From Spirochaetia bacterium (GTDB lineage: Bacteria > Spirochaetota > Spirochaetia > WTKD01 > G963693115): a stretch of DNA of 64,000 bases. The number at the start of each line of letters is the position of its first letter. Position 1 is the stretch's first letter. The translations under genes and the position numbers were made by a program. Location: contig CBDDCA010000003.1 of NCBI GenBank assembly GCA_965226055.1, positions 64,001 through 128,000 of the forward strand. Direction: 5' to 3'. Under the pieces are notes generated by a model that was not told the origin of the DNA, made no database searches, and saw only the letters and a list, made by a program, of their open reading frames with translations. Below, piece after piece: positions 49,675-59,217 of this stretch.

Positions 49675-51072
49675 TTATGTTTTATTATCCGTATGTCTTG
49701 CTATTTGATCTGTAAGATATGCAAGCCACCCTTCTTTATCAATATGTGGTGCAGCAATAAATATGTCTTTATCTCCCCTTCCTGATATATTCACCACTAT
49801 GTTTACTGGACGCTGAGCAGCTACTTTTTTTGCTATGTTAGTGTTGCTCATCTTTTTTTGCTTTAGCAGTGATGCTATTTTTGGCAACACTGCAATGGCA
49901 TGAGAGCTTTCAAGTGCAGGGATGATGCCTTCTGTTTTTGAAAGTAAGCTGTACCCTTGTATAGCTTGGGCATCACTTGCATAGGTAAAATGAACGCGCC
50001 CTATATCATAATAATGTGCAAGCTGTGGAGAAATTCCCGAATAATCTAATCCTGCACTAATTGAGTGTGTATTTGCAATTTGTCCATCTTTATTCTGTAA
50101 AAAATATGATTTATATCCTTGAGTAATACCAATACTTGCATTCCCTTGAAGACGTACCGCATGTTTCTTACTAGACAAGCCATATCCACCAGCTTCAACA
50201 CCAAGCAATGCGGTATTAGTATGTTCAAAAAAACTGGAAAATATACCCATTGCGTTTGATCCTCCCCCTACACATGCTATTATCATATCAGGAGCTACTG
50301 ATGAAGGAGTATCAGAGAGAGAAGGATGCTGCTTTTCTGTACTGCTGTTTTTTTTCACTGATGCCTGTTGTTCCTGAAAATATGCCTGAAATTGCTCTTG
50401 CAACTCTATGCTGATAATAGATTGAAAAAACTGAACAATATTAGGATATGGAAATGGGCCAAGTGCTGATCCAAGTATATAATGAGTATCAAAAACATGT
50501 TCTATCCAATATTTCATTGCAGCATTTACTGCATCTTTGAGCGTTCTATTTCCTTCTTTTACAGAAACAACCTTTGCTCCCATCAATTTCATTGCATATA
50601 CATTAGGGTGCTGTCGTTTTACGTCAGTTTCTCCCATAAATATAATACAATCAAGCCCTAATTTAGCACATGCTGCAGCTGTAGCAAGCCCGTGCTGTCC
50701 TGCACCAGTTTCAGCTACAATTTTATTTTTTCCCATATATTTTGCAAGTAAGGCTTGCCCTAGTGCATTATTCATTTTATGAGCACCAGTATGATTAAGA
50801 TGCTCAAGTTTTAGAAATATTTTAGAGTCTTTATGTAAGCCTGCTTTTTTAATAACAGTATGTGTTAGATTATCTGCTTTGTAGAGAGGACTTGGTCTGC
50901 CATTATATTTTTTTTGTACATTGTTGAGTTCATCAATAAATTGAGTAGTATCAATACATTGTACAAAGGCAGTAGCTAATTCATCTAATGGCTGTATTAA
51001 CATCTCAGGGACATATCTACCACCATATGTACCAAAATAGCGATTAAGTGTAATATTACTTTTCTTGTACAT
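49675..51072 (-). CDS. trpB: Tryptophan synthase beta chain
   Basis: FGTYGGRYVPE, LNHTGAHKMNN, AETGAGQHG, CVGGGSNA, SISAGLDY, EGIIPALESSHA and SGRGDKD motifs. Confidence 0.97.
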   Translation of the reverse strand: MYKKSNITLNRYFGTYGGRYVPEMLIQPLDELATAFVQCIDTTQFIDELNNVQKKYNGRPSPLYKADNLTHTVIKKAGLHKDSKIFLKLEHLNHTGAHKMNNALGQALLAKYMGKNKIVAETGAGQHGLATAAACAKLGLDCIIFMGETDVKRQHPNVYAMKLMGAKVVSVKEGNRTLKDAVNAAMKYWIEHVFDTHYILGSALGPFPYPNIVQFFQSIISIELQEQFQAYFQEQQASVKKNSSTEKQHPSLSDTPSSVAPDMIIACVGGGSNAMGIFSSFFEHTNTALLGVEAGGYGLSSKKHAVRLQGNASIGITQGYKSYFLQNKDGQIANTHSISAGLDYSGISPQLAHYYDIGRVHFTYASDAQAIQGYSLLSKTEGIIPALESSHAIAVLPKIASLLKQKKMSNTNIAKKVAAQRPVNIVVNISGRGDKDIFIAAPHIDKEGWLAYLTDQIARHTDNKT

Positions 51073-51134
51073 ATCTATATCAATTATATACCATTAATAT
51101 ATTTTTTATAAGAGGAGTTTCTTTTTTATAATCT

Positions 51135-51172
51135 CTTATAGCAAGAAAGGAGTTACGCTTTCTTGCTATAAG
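51135..51172 (-). terminator. Hairpin terminator downstream of the large lipoprotein
   Basis: Perfect 15-bp inverted repeat cttatagcaagaaag-N8-ctttcttgctataag between the lipoprotein stop and the trpB promoter. Confidence 0.7.
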
Positions 51173-51190
51173 TATGTATGTATCTCTATA

Positions 51191-54100
51191 TTACGATGTA
51201 CATGCTGAACTACCAGCAACCTTTGGGTACTGTGCTGTTTTGCCCTCCATAGCTGAACCTTTGAAATCATTAGGATCTATTCTTGATCTGTTACACAATT
51301 TCCATGATGATAAATCTTGATCAAATTTAGAAGCCTCACGAAATATAAAAAGCGCTGATTGACTTGCTGATACTTTCTGTACATCCCAATTACTTATGTC
51401 TTGATTAAAAGCAGTAGCAGAAGCAAACATAAAACCTATATTCATTAAATTGCTCACATTCCAATTTCCTATGTCTTGATTAAAGGCAAAAGTATTATAA
51501 AACATACTGTGCATATTAGCTACTGTCCCCACATCCCAAGCACCTATATCTTGATTAAAGGTAGCAGCACCAGCAAACATAGCCCCCATATCCGTTACAT
51601 TACTGGTATTCCACCGTGTTATGTCTCCATTAAAAGTTTTATCATTATCGAATAAACTATTCATATTAGTAATGGCACTGGTGTCTATCATGTTGAGGTT
51701 GGGACTAGGGTTACTGTTCCCTCCTGAACCTTGCCTTGTCTTTTCTTCACTGATAATAGTTTGTAGTGCTGATTTTGTTGTTGGTCTATAATAGGTAGCT
51801 GCTTTTCCCGATGGTGCTGTTCTTAGCTCTGTCTGTATAACGATAGTCGCTGGTACTTTTTTCTTTGATGCAGTAAGGGTACACTGTGCTACATCATAGC
51901 TATACTCAGTAATAGCAGTGTCTCGTATATTGGACTTATTTGCTATGCCTGTTATGGTAACTGTTTTGCTACTCTGATCAAACGATACTGTAAGGCCTGT
52001 TTCTTTTTTGATTTTCTTTGCATCTGCCTCTAGTATGGTGGCATCACAGGTAAAGGCATTGCCACTGGGTGTGCTTGCTAATACTCTTGTAGTATTTGAT
52101 GCTAGTGCTGTACCTACTTCTGCTGATACTATGCTAATGTTTCCTATAGATATTGCACTTACTTCAAACTCGTGGCGTTCTCCTGTTGATGCTTTTGTGT
52201 CATCAGTGCTGTTTACTGCTTGTACGACTATTTCGTAGGTCGTTCCGTTTGTCAAGTTTGTCAGGGTAGTGTTGGTTGTTCCTGCTGCTACTGTTGTGGG
52301 GCTTGAGTCTGCTTGTTTTATTGCTGTTACATTTCTTGCACTGCCACCTTTGGCTACTTTGTATACCTTATATGATACTTGTGCTACTGTTAGGGTAGCT
52401 CCTGTATTTGCTTTGTGGCTTGCACTGAGGCTGGGGGCTGTCCATGATACTCTCATACCTGTCTGGGCTACTCTCGTCTGTATAGTTGATACTTCTGCGG
52501 GGGCAGTCGCTCGCGATGCTGTCGTTACACTTGCCACTGTTGAGGATGCTACTTTCTTGCTTAGGTCTGTTTTTACTGCTACTTCTACCACAAAGTAATA
52601 CTTTGTCGCTCCTTTTACTGCTACTACTGGTGCTGTGTCTGATGACAAGCCTAAACTGGCAAGGGCTGGTACTGTGTACACTCCGCTACTTACACTGCCT
52701 AGGTTTACTTTTCTGCCTGCAAGTACTTCTGCTACTGTAGGGTCAGTGTCTTTCTGTAAGCCATATACTGTGTATACTAGCTGATTGCTTGCTGTTATGC
52801 TTGTGCCATCGTAGTCTTTTGCTCCTGTAAATGTGCTTAGCTCGGTAAGTACCAGCTTTATTGTGCCTGCTGTGTTTGTTGACTGTGATACTACCAGCTT
52901 TCCTGTGAGTAATGACTGGCTGGGTGCTACTGCTTTGGAAGTATAGATTTCCTTTATTTCTGTTACATCGGTGTAAAAGCCTGCAGGAAAGAGCTTGTCG
53001 CTATTTGTTGCATCGTAATTGGGGGATGTCGTGTTTACTATCCTTACTCCTATGTAGTAGTCTTTTGCTGTTTCTATGGGCGTTGCTCCTGCATTGCTTC
53101 CACTGGTGCTGTCTACTATTGCTATGGATATTGTGTCTTGAGTTGTTCCTGTTGCTTTTGTGTATTTTGCTACTCTTGTACTGGTTTTCTCTGTTGCCCA
53201 TAGTGCTGATACGCTGGCAGGCTTTCCTGTAGTATCTTCTTTCTTGAGGTATAGCACATAGTAGGCAAGGTCTGTCGCTTCAAGGGCATTGCCGTTTGCT
53301 TTGCTCACTCCTGCTATTGCTGAGGCATTTACTTGCACTGTTATGACTTTTTTCCCTCTATTGCTTCCTGTTGTAGGCACTGCAAATACTACTGCATTAC
53401 TGTTAGTGTAGGTGGTGCTTTTTGGGGTATTTGGTGGTGCAGTAAGTGTTGCTTTCTTTATTGTTACTGATGCTCCTATACTATACAAGGGATTGAGGCT
53501 GTTTATCGCTTCTACTCCTGCGGTATAGTCTGCTCCTTTTGTTCCTATAAATGTTGCTTTTAATGGGGTACTATCTCCTGCTAGCTCCCGTGTTTGTACT
53601 CCTGCAAGGGCTTTTATTTCGTCTAGTGTCTTTGTGCTATGGTCTCCTGCTACTATGTATACTTTGTACTGTATTTGTGCTTGCGTGAGTTTTGCTCCAC
53701 TGGGAGCTTTGTTATCATTGGTAATAGTACCTACACTAAATGTATAGACTGCTGTTGCAGTTGTTTGTGTTACTGACTCTATGGAGAGTTTTGCATCTTT
53801 GGGAGCGGGCGGTGCTGTCGAGGTGCTATCGTATACTGCTACTGCATCACTCAGTGCGGTCACGGGGCTTACTCTGTTATTTGCTATTTGCAGAAAATCA
53901 AAGCGATAATTCTTGGCATTTGCTTGGCTCTTGGGTACTTCTACGCCATCTGCTATCCCAAAGCTAATGGTGGTTGCTGTGTTTGTTATGCTTTTTTCTG
54001 CTATTAAGGTAGCTCCATCTTTCATACGCAAAGTGTAGTATCGCCCTATGCCTGGAGCTTGCTTAAAAGTTGCTTTTATTTGTATAGCTCCTGTTGTGTC

Positions 54101-55944
54101 AAGGGTAGGCTTGCTTTGAAAGAGATCTTCTGAGGGAGCTGTGAGTGAGTTGGGGGTTGTTATGTCTTTTGTTGCTTGGGTGCTTTTGTTTTCTGAGTAA
54201 TCAAGCGTGAGTATTGTTATGGTGTATGTTTTGCCTTGCGTGAGTTCTTCGACAGAGAGTGATGTTGTGGGATAGGGTATTTTCTTCTCGCTCAGTACTG
54301 TGGTGCTTGTGCCTTTTTCTGCTATGCTTACGCTGTATTCTTTTATGTCTTTGTTATTGGCTTTTGTTGTATCGGGGGCTGTCCATGTTATCTGTGTGCC
54401 TATCTTTGCTGCTGATACAAAGGGATAGCTTGCTTGTATGCTTGTCACTGCATCGGGGGCGGTGCTATCTGCTGCGGTAGTGACTGTAACATTTTCTGCT
54501 GTTCCTTTGTTGCCTGCACTGTCCATTGATACGACTGCCACTGTATACTCGGTGGTTGCTTTGAGGCCTGTTATCTGCGTGTTGCGTACTGCTCTCTCTG
54601 TTATTGTTACTGTCTTTGCCGCGGTACTGCTGTCCTTTTCTGTTGCTGTTATAGTCACTCCTGCGTAGTCTCGTACATCGGGGGCTTGCCAGCCTACTAC
54701 TAGGCTTGTTGCTCCTCCTATGGCACTCACATTGCTTACAGGCTCTGTACTTTTGTCTGTTGTTGCTTGTTCTTTTGACACTGCAGTGGAGTACTTTCCG
54801 TTTTTAAAAACATACACTTCTACTTTGTAAGTAAGCGTGCCGTAGAGTTTTGTGAGGGCTATGCCATCTTTTGCTACATACACAGTGGCGTACTCTTGAT
54901 TGTCTGCACTTGCTCCGCTGACATTTGTTGCACTTGTATCTTTGTCTATTGTCTCCTCTGCTACTACTGTATTTGTTGCGGTTGCTATCACTCGTACTTG
55001 GAGACTTTTGTTTGAAAAGTCAAAGCTGTCATCTTTATCATCCCACATAATAAGCAGGCTTTCATCTGCTGGGCTATTGCTTTTATCGTTTGCTGTTACT
55101 GTAAGATCTGCCTCTGGCAGTGGCGTTACTGTTTGTGAGAGTGCTGATGGCACTATGCCTCTGAGTGCTTGCTTTGCCGTACTTTCGTTACCGTTGCTAT
55201 CTTTGTATACTACTACTATATCATAGCTTATGCCGTCTATCGTAGGGACAGCAATGCTCACTTCTCCTTGTGTTACATCTTGTACGGATACTTCTGTCTT
55301 TACATTAGTAGTTTTTTCTATCACCTGTATTGTGGCTTCTGCTATGTCTGTTTTGCCTGACGAGAGCAGTGCTTTGTCCCATGTTAGCTTTATGCCATTT
55401 GTTGCTGATTCTACTGCTACTTGGGTAAAGGTGTCCTGTGGTGCAGTTTCATCGGTCAGTGTTGTCACAGAGCGAGTTGTTTTTGGTGATACTTCTGTGT
55501 CTGAGCCTGATTTTTGGGCTTCTATCTCTACAGTATAATCGGTAGTAGCATGCAAGCCTCTGAGTGTGTAGGGTCTGTTTTGTTGAAACAATGCACGATA
55601 TTCTATTGCAGGAACACGCACCTGTATAGATTGTGCTGGCGCAGTTGATGTAGCTTTTACGACTACATGCGTGGCTTCGCTGGGAGCTTGCCAGCGTAAC
55701 GAGAGCGTCCCATCGTTGCCTGCTGCTTGTATCTGCACATTGGACACTGATGCAAGTGTCGGGGTTACTGGCGTTCCCCCTCCGCCTGATGAGGAACTGC
55801 TGCTACTCTCCGAACATCCTACGAGTACGAGGGTAGTCATTGCTAGCACCCATGTCAGTGCAACTATAGTTAGGTTTTGCTTATATCGAGAGTGTACCCC
55901 CCCCCCCCCCCGATTTTCACAGCTTGTAGATCTCTATGTATCAT
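51191..55944 (-). CDS. Giant surface lipoprotein with FN3-like domains and C-terminal DUF285 (BspA-like 25-aa) repeats; frameshifted (phase OFF) at a G15 tract
   Basis: SD AAGGAGG and ATG 55944; the G15 tract puts this start out of frame with the 51191-55849 ORF. Lipobox LVG-C, FN3-like W..P..Y...GL..Y.V.V motifs and FNQDIGNWNV repeats. Confidence 0.85.
55897..55911 (-). repeat. Poly-G15 (C15 on +) simple sequence repeat in the signal-peptide coding region
   Basis: agtgta-C15-gattttc; G13 or G16 would restore the frame. Confidence 0.95.
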
Positions 55945-56046
55945 AAAGTCCTCCTTATGTTATTTAGTATAATATACGAATATTATTATAGCATATATGG
56001 TATTTTATATGTCTATAAAGTAAATGGTACGCATCTCTATGTATTA

Positions 56047-59000
56047 CTATGACTTACATTCTTTACTATTTATGTCCTTTGGGTACTGTGCTGTTTTTCC
56101 TGCCATAGCTGAATCTGAGAAATCAAAACTGTCAAGGAATACCTTACACAATCTCCATGATGATAAATTTTGATCAAATGCAGAGGCTTTTTCAAACGCA
56201 GCAGCAAAACTATTAACATTCCTTACATTCCAATTTCCTATGTCTTGATTAAAGGTATTTGCTCTATTAAACATTGCAAACATCTCCCTTACATTATTCA
56301 CATTCCAATTTCCTATGTCTTGATTAAAGGCACTTGCTCTCGTAAACATTGAAAACATATTCCTTACATTACTGGTATTCCACTGTGTTATGTCTCCATT
56401 AAAAGTACTATCGTTATCAAATAAATTACTCATATCAGTGATAGCACTGGTATCTATCATGTTGAGGTTGGGGCTATTGGTATTTTGCCTCCCTTCTCCT
56501 CTTTCTGCACTGATAATAGCCTTAAGCTGTTTCTTTGTTACTGGTCTGTAATAGGTAGCTTTTTCTCCTGATGGAGCTACTTTTAGCTCTGTTTTTATGA
56601 TAATGCTTGCGGGTACTCTTTTATTCGAAGCGGTAATTGTACACTGTACTACGTCATAGCTATAGTTAGTAATAGCAAGATCATGTACATTAGATTTATT
56701 TGCTATGCCTGATATGGTAATTGTTTTGCTACTCTGTTCAAACTGTACTGCTAAGCCTGTTTCTTCTTTGATTTTTTTGCTATCTGCCTCCCGTATATTA
56801 ACATCACAGGTAAATGCAACGCCACTGGGACTGCTTACTAACCTTCTTGTAGTATGTGCTGATCTTGGGGCTTTGCCTACTTCTGCTGAAACCTCCATAG
56901 TGTTTCCTATAATCACTGCTGACATTTCAAATTCGTATCGTAGTCCAGTTGATTCTTTTGTCATATCGGTGCTGTTTACTGCTTGCACGACTATTTCATA
57001 GGTTACTCCGTTTGTCAATCCTGTCAAGGTAGTGTTTGTTGTTCCTACTGCTACTGTTTTGGGGCTTGAGTCTGCTGCTTTTATCTGTGCTATGCTTCTT
57101 GTGTTACCACTCTTAGCAATGCTATATACTTTGTACGATACTTGTGCAGCTGTTAAAGTATCGCCCGTATCTTCCTTGTGACTTGCGCTGAGGTTTGGGG
57201 CTGTCCACGATACTCTCATGCCTATTGGAGTTGCTCTTGTTTGTATGTTTCTTACTTCTGCTGGAGCAGTCGCTAGCGATGTAGTTGTTACGCTTGCTAC
57301 TGATGAAGAAGCTACTTTTTTGCTAGGATCTGCTTTTATTGCCACTTCCAATACAAAGTGATACTTTGTAGCTCCTTTTATTGCTATCACTGGTGCGGTG
57401 TCTGAAGATAAGCCTAAACTGGCAAGGACTGGTACTGTGTACATTCCGCTACTTGCACTGCCTATGTTTATCTTTCTGCCTGCAAGCACTTCTGCTACCG
57501 TAGGAGTTGTATCTTTCTGCAAGCCGTACACAGTGTACACAAGCTGTGCATCTGTTGTTATATCTTTGCCATCGTAGTCTTTTGCTCCCGTAAATATGTT
57601 TAGCTGGGTGAGCCTCAGATTTATTTTCCCTGCTGTGCTTGTTGACGGTGATACTACTAGCTTTCCTGTGAGTAATGACTGATTGAGGGCTACTGCCTTC
57701 GAAGTATAGACTTCCTTTATTTCTGTTATATCAGTGTAAAAGCCTGCAGGAAAGAGCTTGTCAATATTTGATGCATCGTAATCAGAGGATGTTGTGTTTA
57801 CTATCCGCACTCCTATATAGTAGTCTTTTGCTGTTTCTATAGGTGTTGCTCCTGCATTGCTTCCACTGATACTGTCTACTATTGGTATTTGTATAGTCGC
57901 TTGATTTGTCACTCCTGTTGCTTTTGTGTACTTTGCTACTTTTACTGCTGTATTTGAATGGCTTTTTTCCACTGCCCATAAGGCTGATACATTTGCAGGC
58001 TTTTGGCTTGTGTCTTCTTTTTTGAGATACAGCACATAGTATGCAAGATCAGTTGCTTTAAGAGGAGTACCGTCTGCTTTACGCACCCCTGCTGTGGCTG
58101 AGGCACTTACCTGTACTGTAATGATTTTTTTTCCTGCATTGCCTCCTGTGGTAGGCACTGAAAATACTACAGCATTATTGCTAGTGTATGTTGTTATTTT
58201 TGGTGTTGTTGGTGGAGGAGTGAGCGTTTTTGTTATTATTGTTCCTGATGCTCCTGCAATGCTATAGGAGGGACTGAGGCTGTTTATAGTTTCTACTCCT
58301 GCGGTATATACTGCTCCTTTTGTTCCTATAAATTTTACTTGTAATGGGGTGCTGTTTCCTGCTAGCTCTCTTTTTTGTACTCCTGCAAGGGCTTTTATTT
58401 CTTCTAGTGTCTTTGTGCTGTGATCTCCTTCTGCTATGTACACTTTGTATTGTATCTGTGCCTGTGTAAGTTTGCTTCCATTAGGAGCTTTGTTATCAAT
58501 AGTAATGTCTCCTGCACTAAACTCGTAGACTGCTGTTGCAGTTGTTTGTGTTGCTGAAATTACAGAGAGCTTTGCGTCCTTGGGAGCAGGCGGTGCTGTT
58601 GAAGTATCATCGTATACTGCTACTGTACCAGCAAGAGAGGTTATGAATCTTACTATATTATTTTCTATTTGCAGAAAGATAAAGCGATACTCCTTCTTTG
58701 TTGCTTCTGTCTTGGGTACTTCTAAACCATCTGCTATGCCAAAGCTAATGGTGGTATCTGTTCCTGTTATGCTCTTGTCTGCTATTGAGTTTTTACTATA
58801 GCTAATGGTGGTATCTGTTCCTGCTGTGCTTTTGTCTGCTATTAAGTTTTTGCTATCGTACATAAGCAAGGTATAGTATCTTCCCACGCCAGGAGCTGTC
58901 TTAAAGGTTGCTTTTATCTGTACTGCTCCTGTTTTGTCTAAGCTAGGTTTGTTTTGAAAGATATCTTCTGATGGGGCTATAGGTTTAAGAGGAGGGTTAG

Positions 59001-59133
59001 GAGTCTGTATATCTGTGGTAGTTACTGTTTCTGTACATCCTAGCACAAAAAGCGTAGCCACTACTAGCAAGCATGCCAGCGTAACTGTAGTTATTCTTTG
59101 CAAAATCAAGGTACACCTCCTCAATTTTTTCAT
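56047..59133 (-). CDS. Surface lipoprotein paralog with FN3-like domain and DUF285 repeats
   Basis: MKKLRR... signal peptide with lipobox VLG-C; colinear with the C-terminal ~980 aa of the neighbouring lipoprotein from APSEDxFQ onward. Confidence 0.88.
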   Translation of the reverse strand: MKKLRRCTLILQRITTVTLACLLVVATLFVLGCTETVTTTDIQTPNPPLKPIAPSEDIFQNKPSLDKTGAVQIKATFKTAPGVGRYYTLLMYDSKNLIADKSTAGTDTTISYSKNSIADKSITGTDTTISFGIADGLEVPKTEATKKEYRFIFLQIENNIVRFITSLAGTVAVYDDTSTAPPAPKDAKLSVISATQTTATAVYEFSAGDITIDNKAPNGSKLTQAQIQYKVYIAEGDHSTKTLEEIKALAGVQKRELAGNSTPLQVKFIGTKGAVYTAGVETINSLSPSYSIAGASGTIITKTLTPPPTTPKITTYTSNNAVVFSVPTTGGNAGKKIITVQVSASATAGVRKADGTPLKATDLAYYVLYLKKEDTSQKPANVSALWAVEKSHSNTAVKVAKYTKATGVTNQATIQIPIVDSISGSNAGATPIETAKDYYIGVRIVNTTSSDYDASNIDKLFPAGFYTDITEIKEVYTSKAVALNQSLLTGKLVVSPSTSTAGKINLRLTQLNIFTGAKDYDGKDITTDAQLVYTVYGLQKDTTPTVAEVLAGRKINIGSASSGMYTVPVLASLGLSSDTAPVIAIKGATKYHFVLEVAIKADPSKKVASSSVASVTTTSLATAPAEVRNIQTRATPIGMRVSWTAPNLSASHKEDTGDTLTAAQVSYKVYSIAKSGNTRSIAQIKAADSSPKTVAVGTTNTTLTGLTNGVTYEIVVQAVNSTDMTKESTGLRYEFEMSAVIIGNTMEVSAEVGKAPRSAHTTRRLVSSPSGVAFTCDVNIREADSKKIKEETGLAVQFEQSSKTITISGIANKSNVHDLAITNYSYDVVQCTITASNKRVPASIIIKTELKVAPSGEKATYYRPVTKKQLKAIISAERGEGRQNTNSPNLNMIDTSAITDMSNLFDNDSTFNGDITQWNTSNVRNMFSMFTRASAFNQDIGNWNVNNVREMFAMFNRANTFNQDIGNWNVRNVNSFAAAFEKASAFDQNLSSWRLCKVFLDSFDFSDSAMAGKTAQYPKDINSKECKS
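58743..58856. repeat. 57-bp tandem duplication (19 aa) within the lipoprotein paralog
   Basis: agctaatggtggtatctgttcctg... at 58743 and 58800; protein IADKSTAGTDTTISYSKNS-IADKSITGTDTTIS. The other paralog has a single copy. Confidence 0.85.
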
Positions 59134-59217
59134 GCTTTATAGCTACTATTTATAGCCAATATTCATAATAATATACTCCTCACTCCTTATTTTATTACTT
59201 ATTATAGCATAAAAAAA

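Noticed and set aside
52008-55946. Many short + strand ORFs antisense to the lipoproteins, and similar shadow ORFs elsewhere
   Set aside because: They are explained by codon bias of the real genes on the opposite strand and show no recognisable motifs or start signals.
51191-59133. Diversity-generating retroelement acting on the lipoprotein C-termini
   Set aside because: There is no reverse transcriptase or template repeat in the window, and differences between copies are not confined to adenines.
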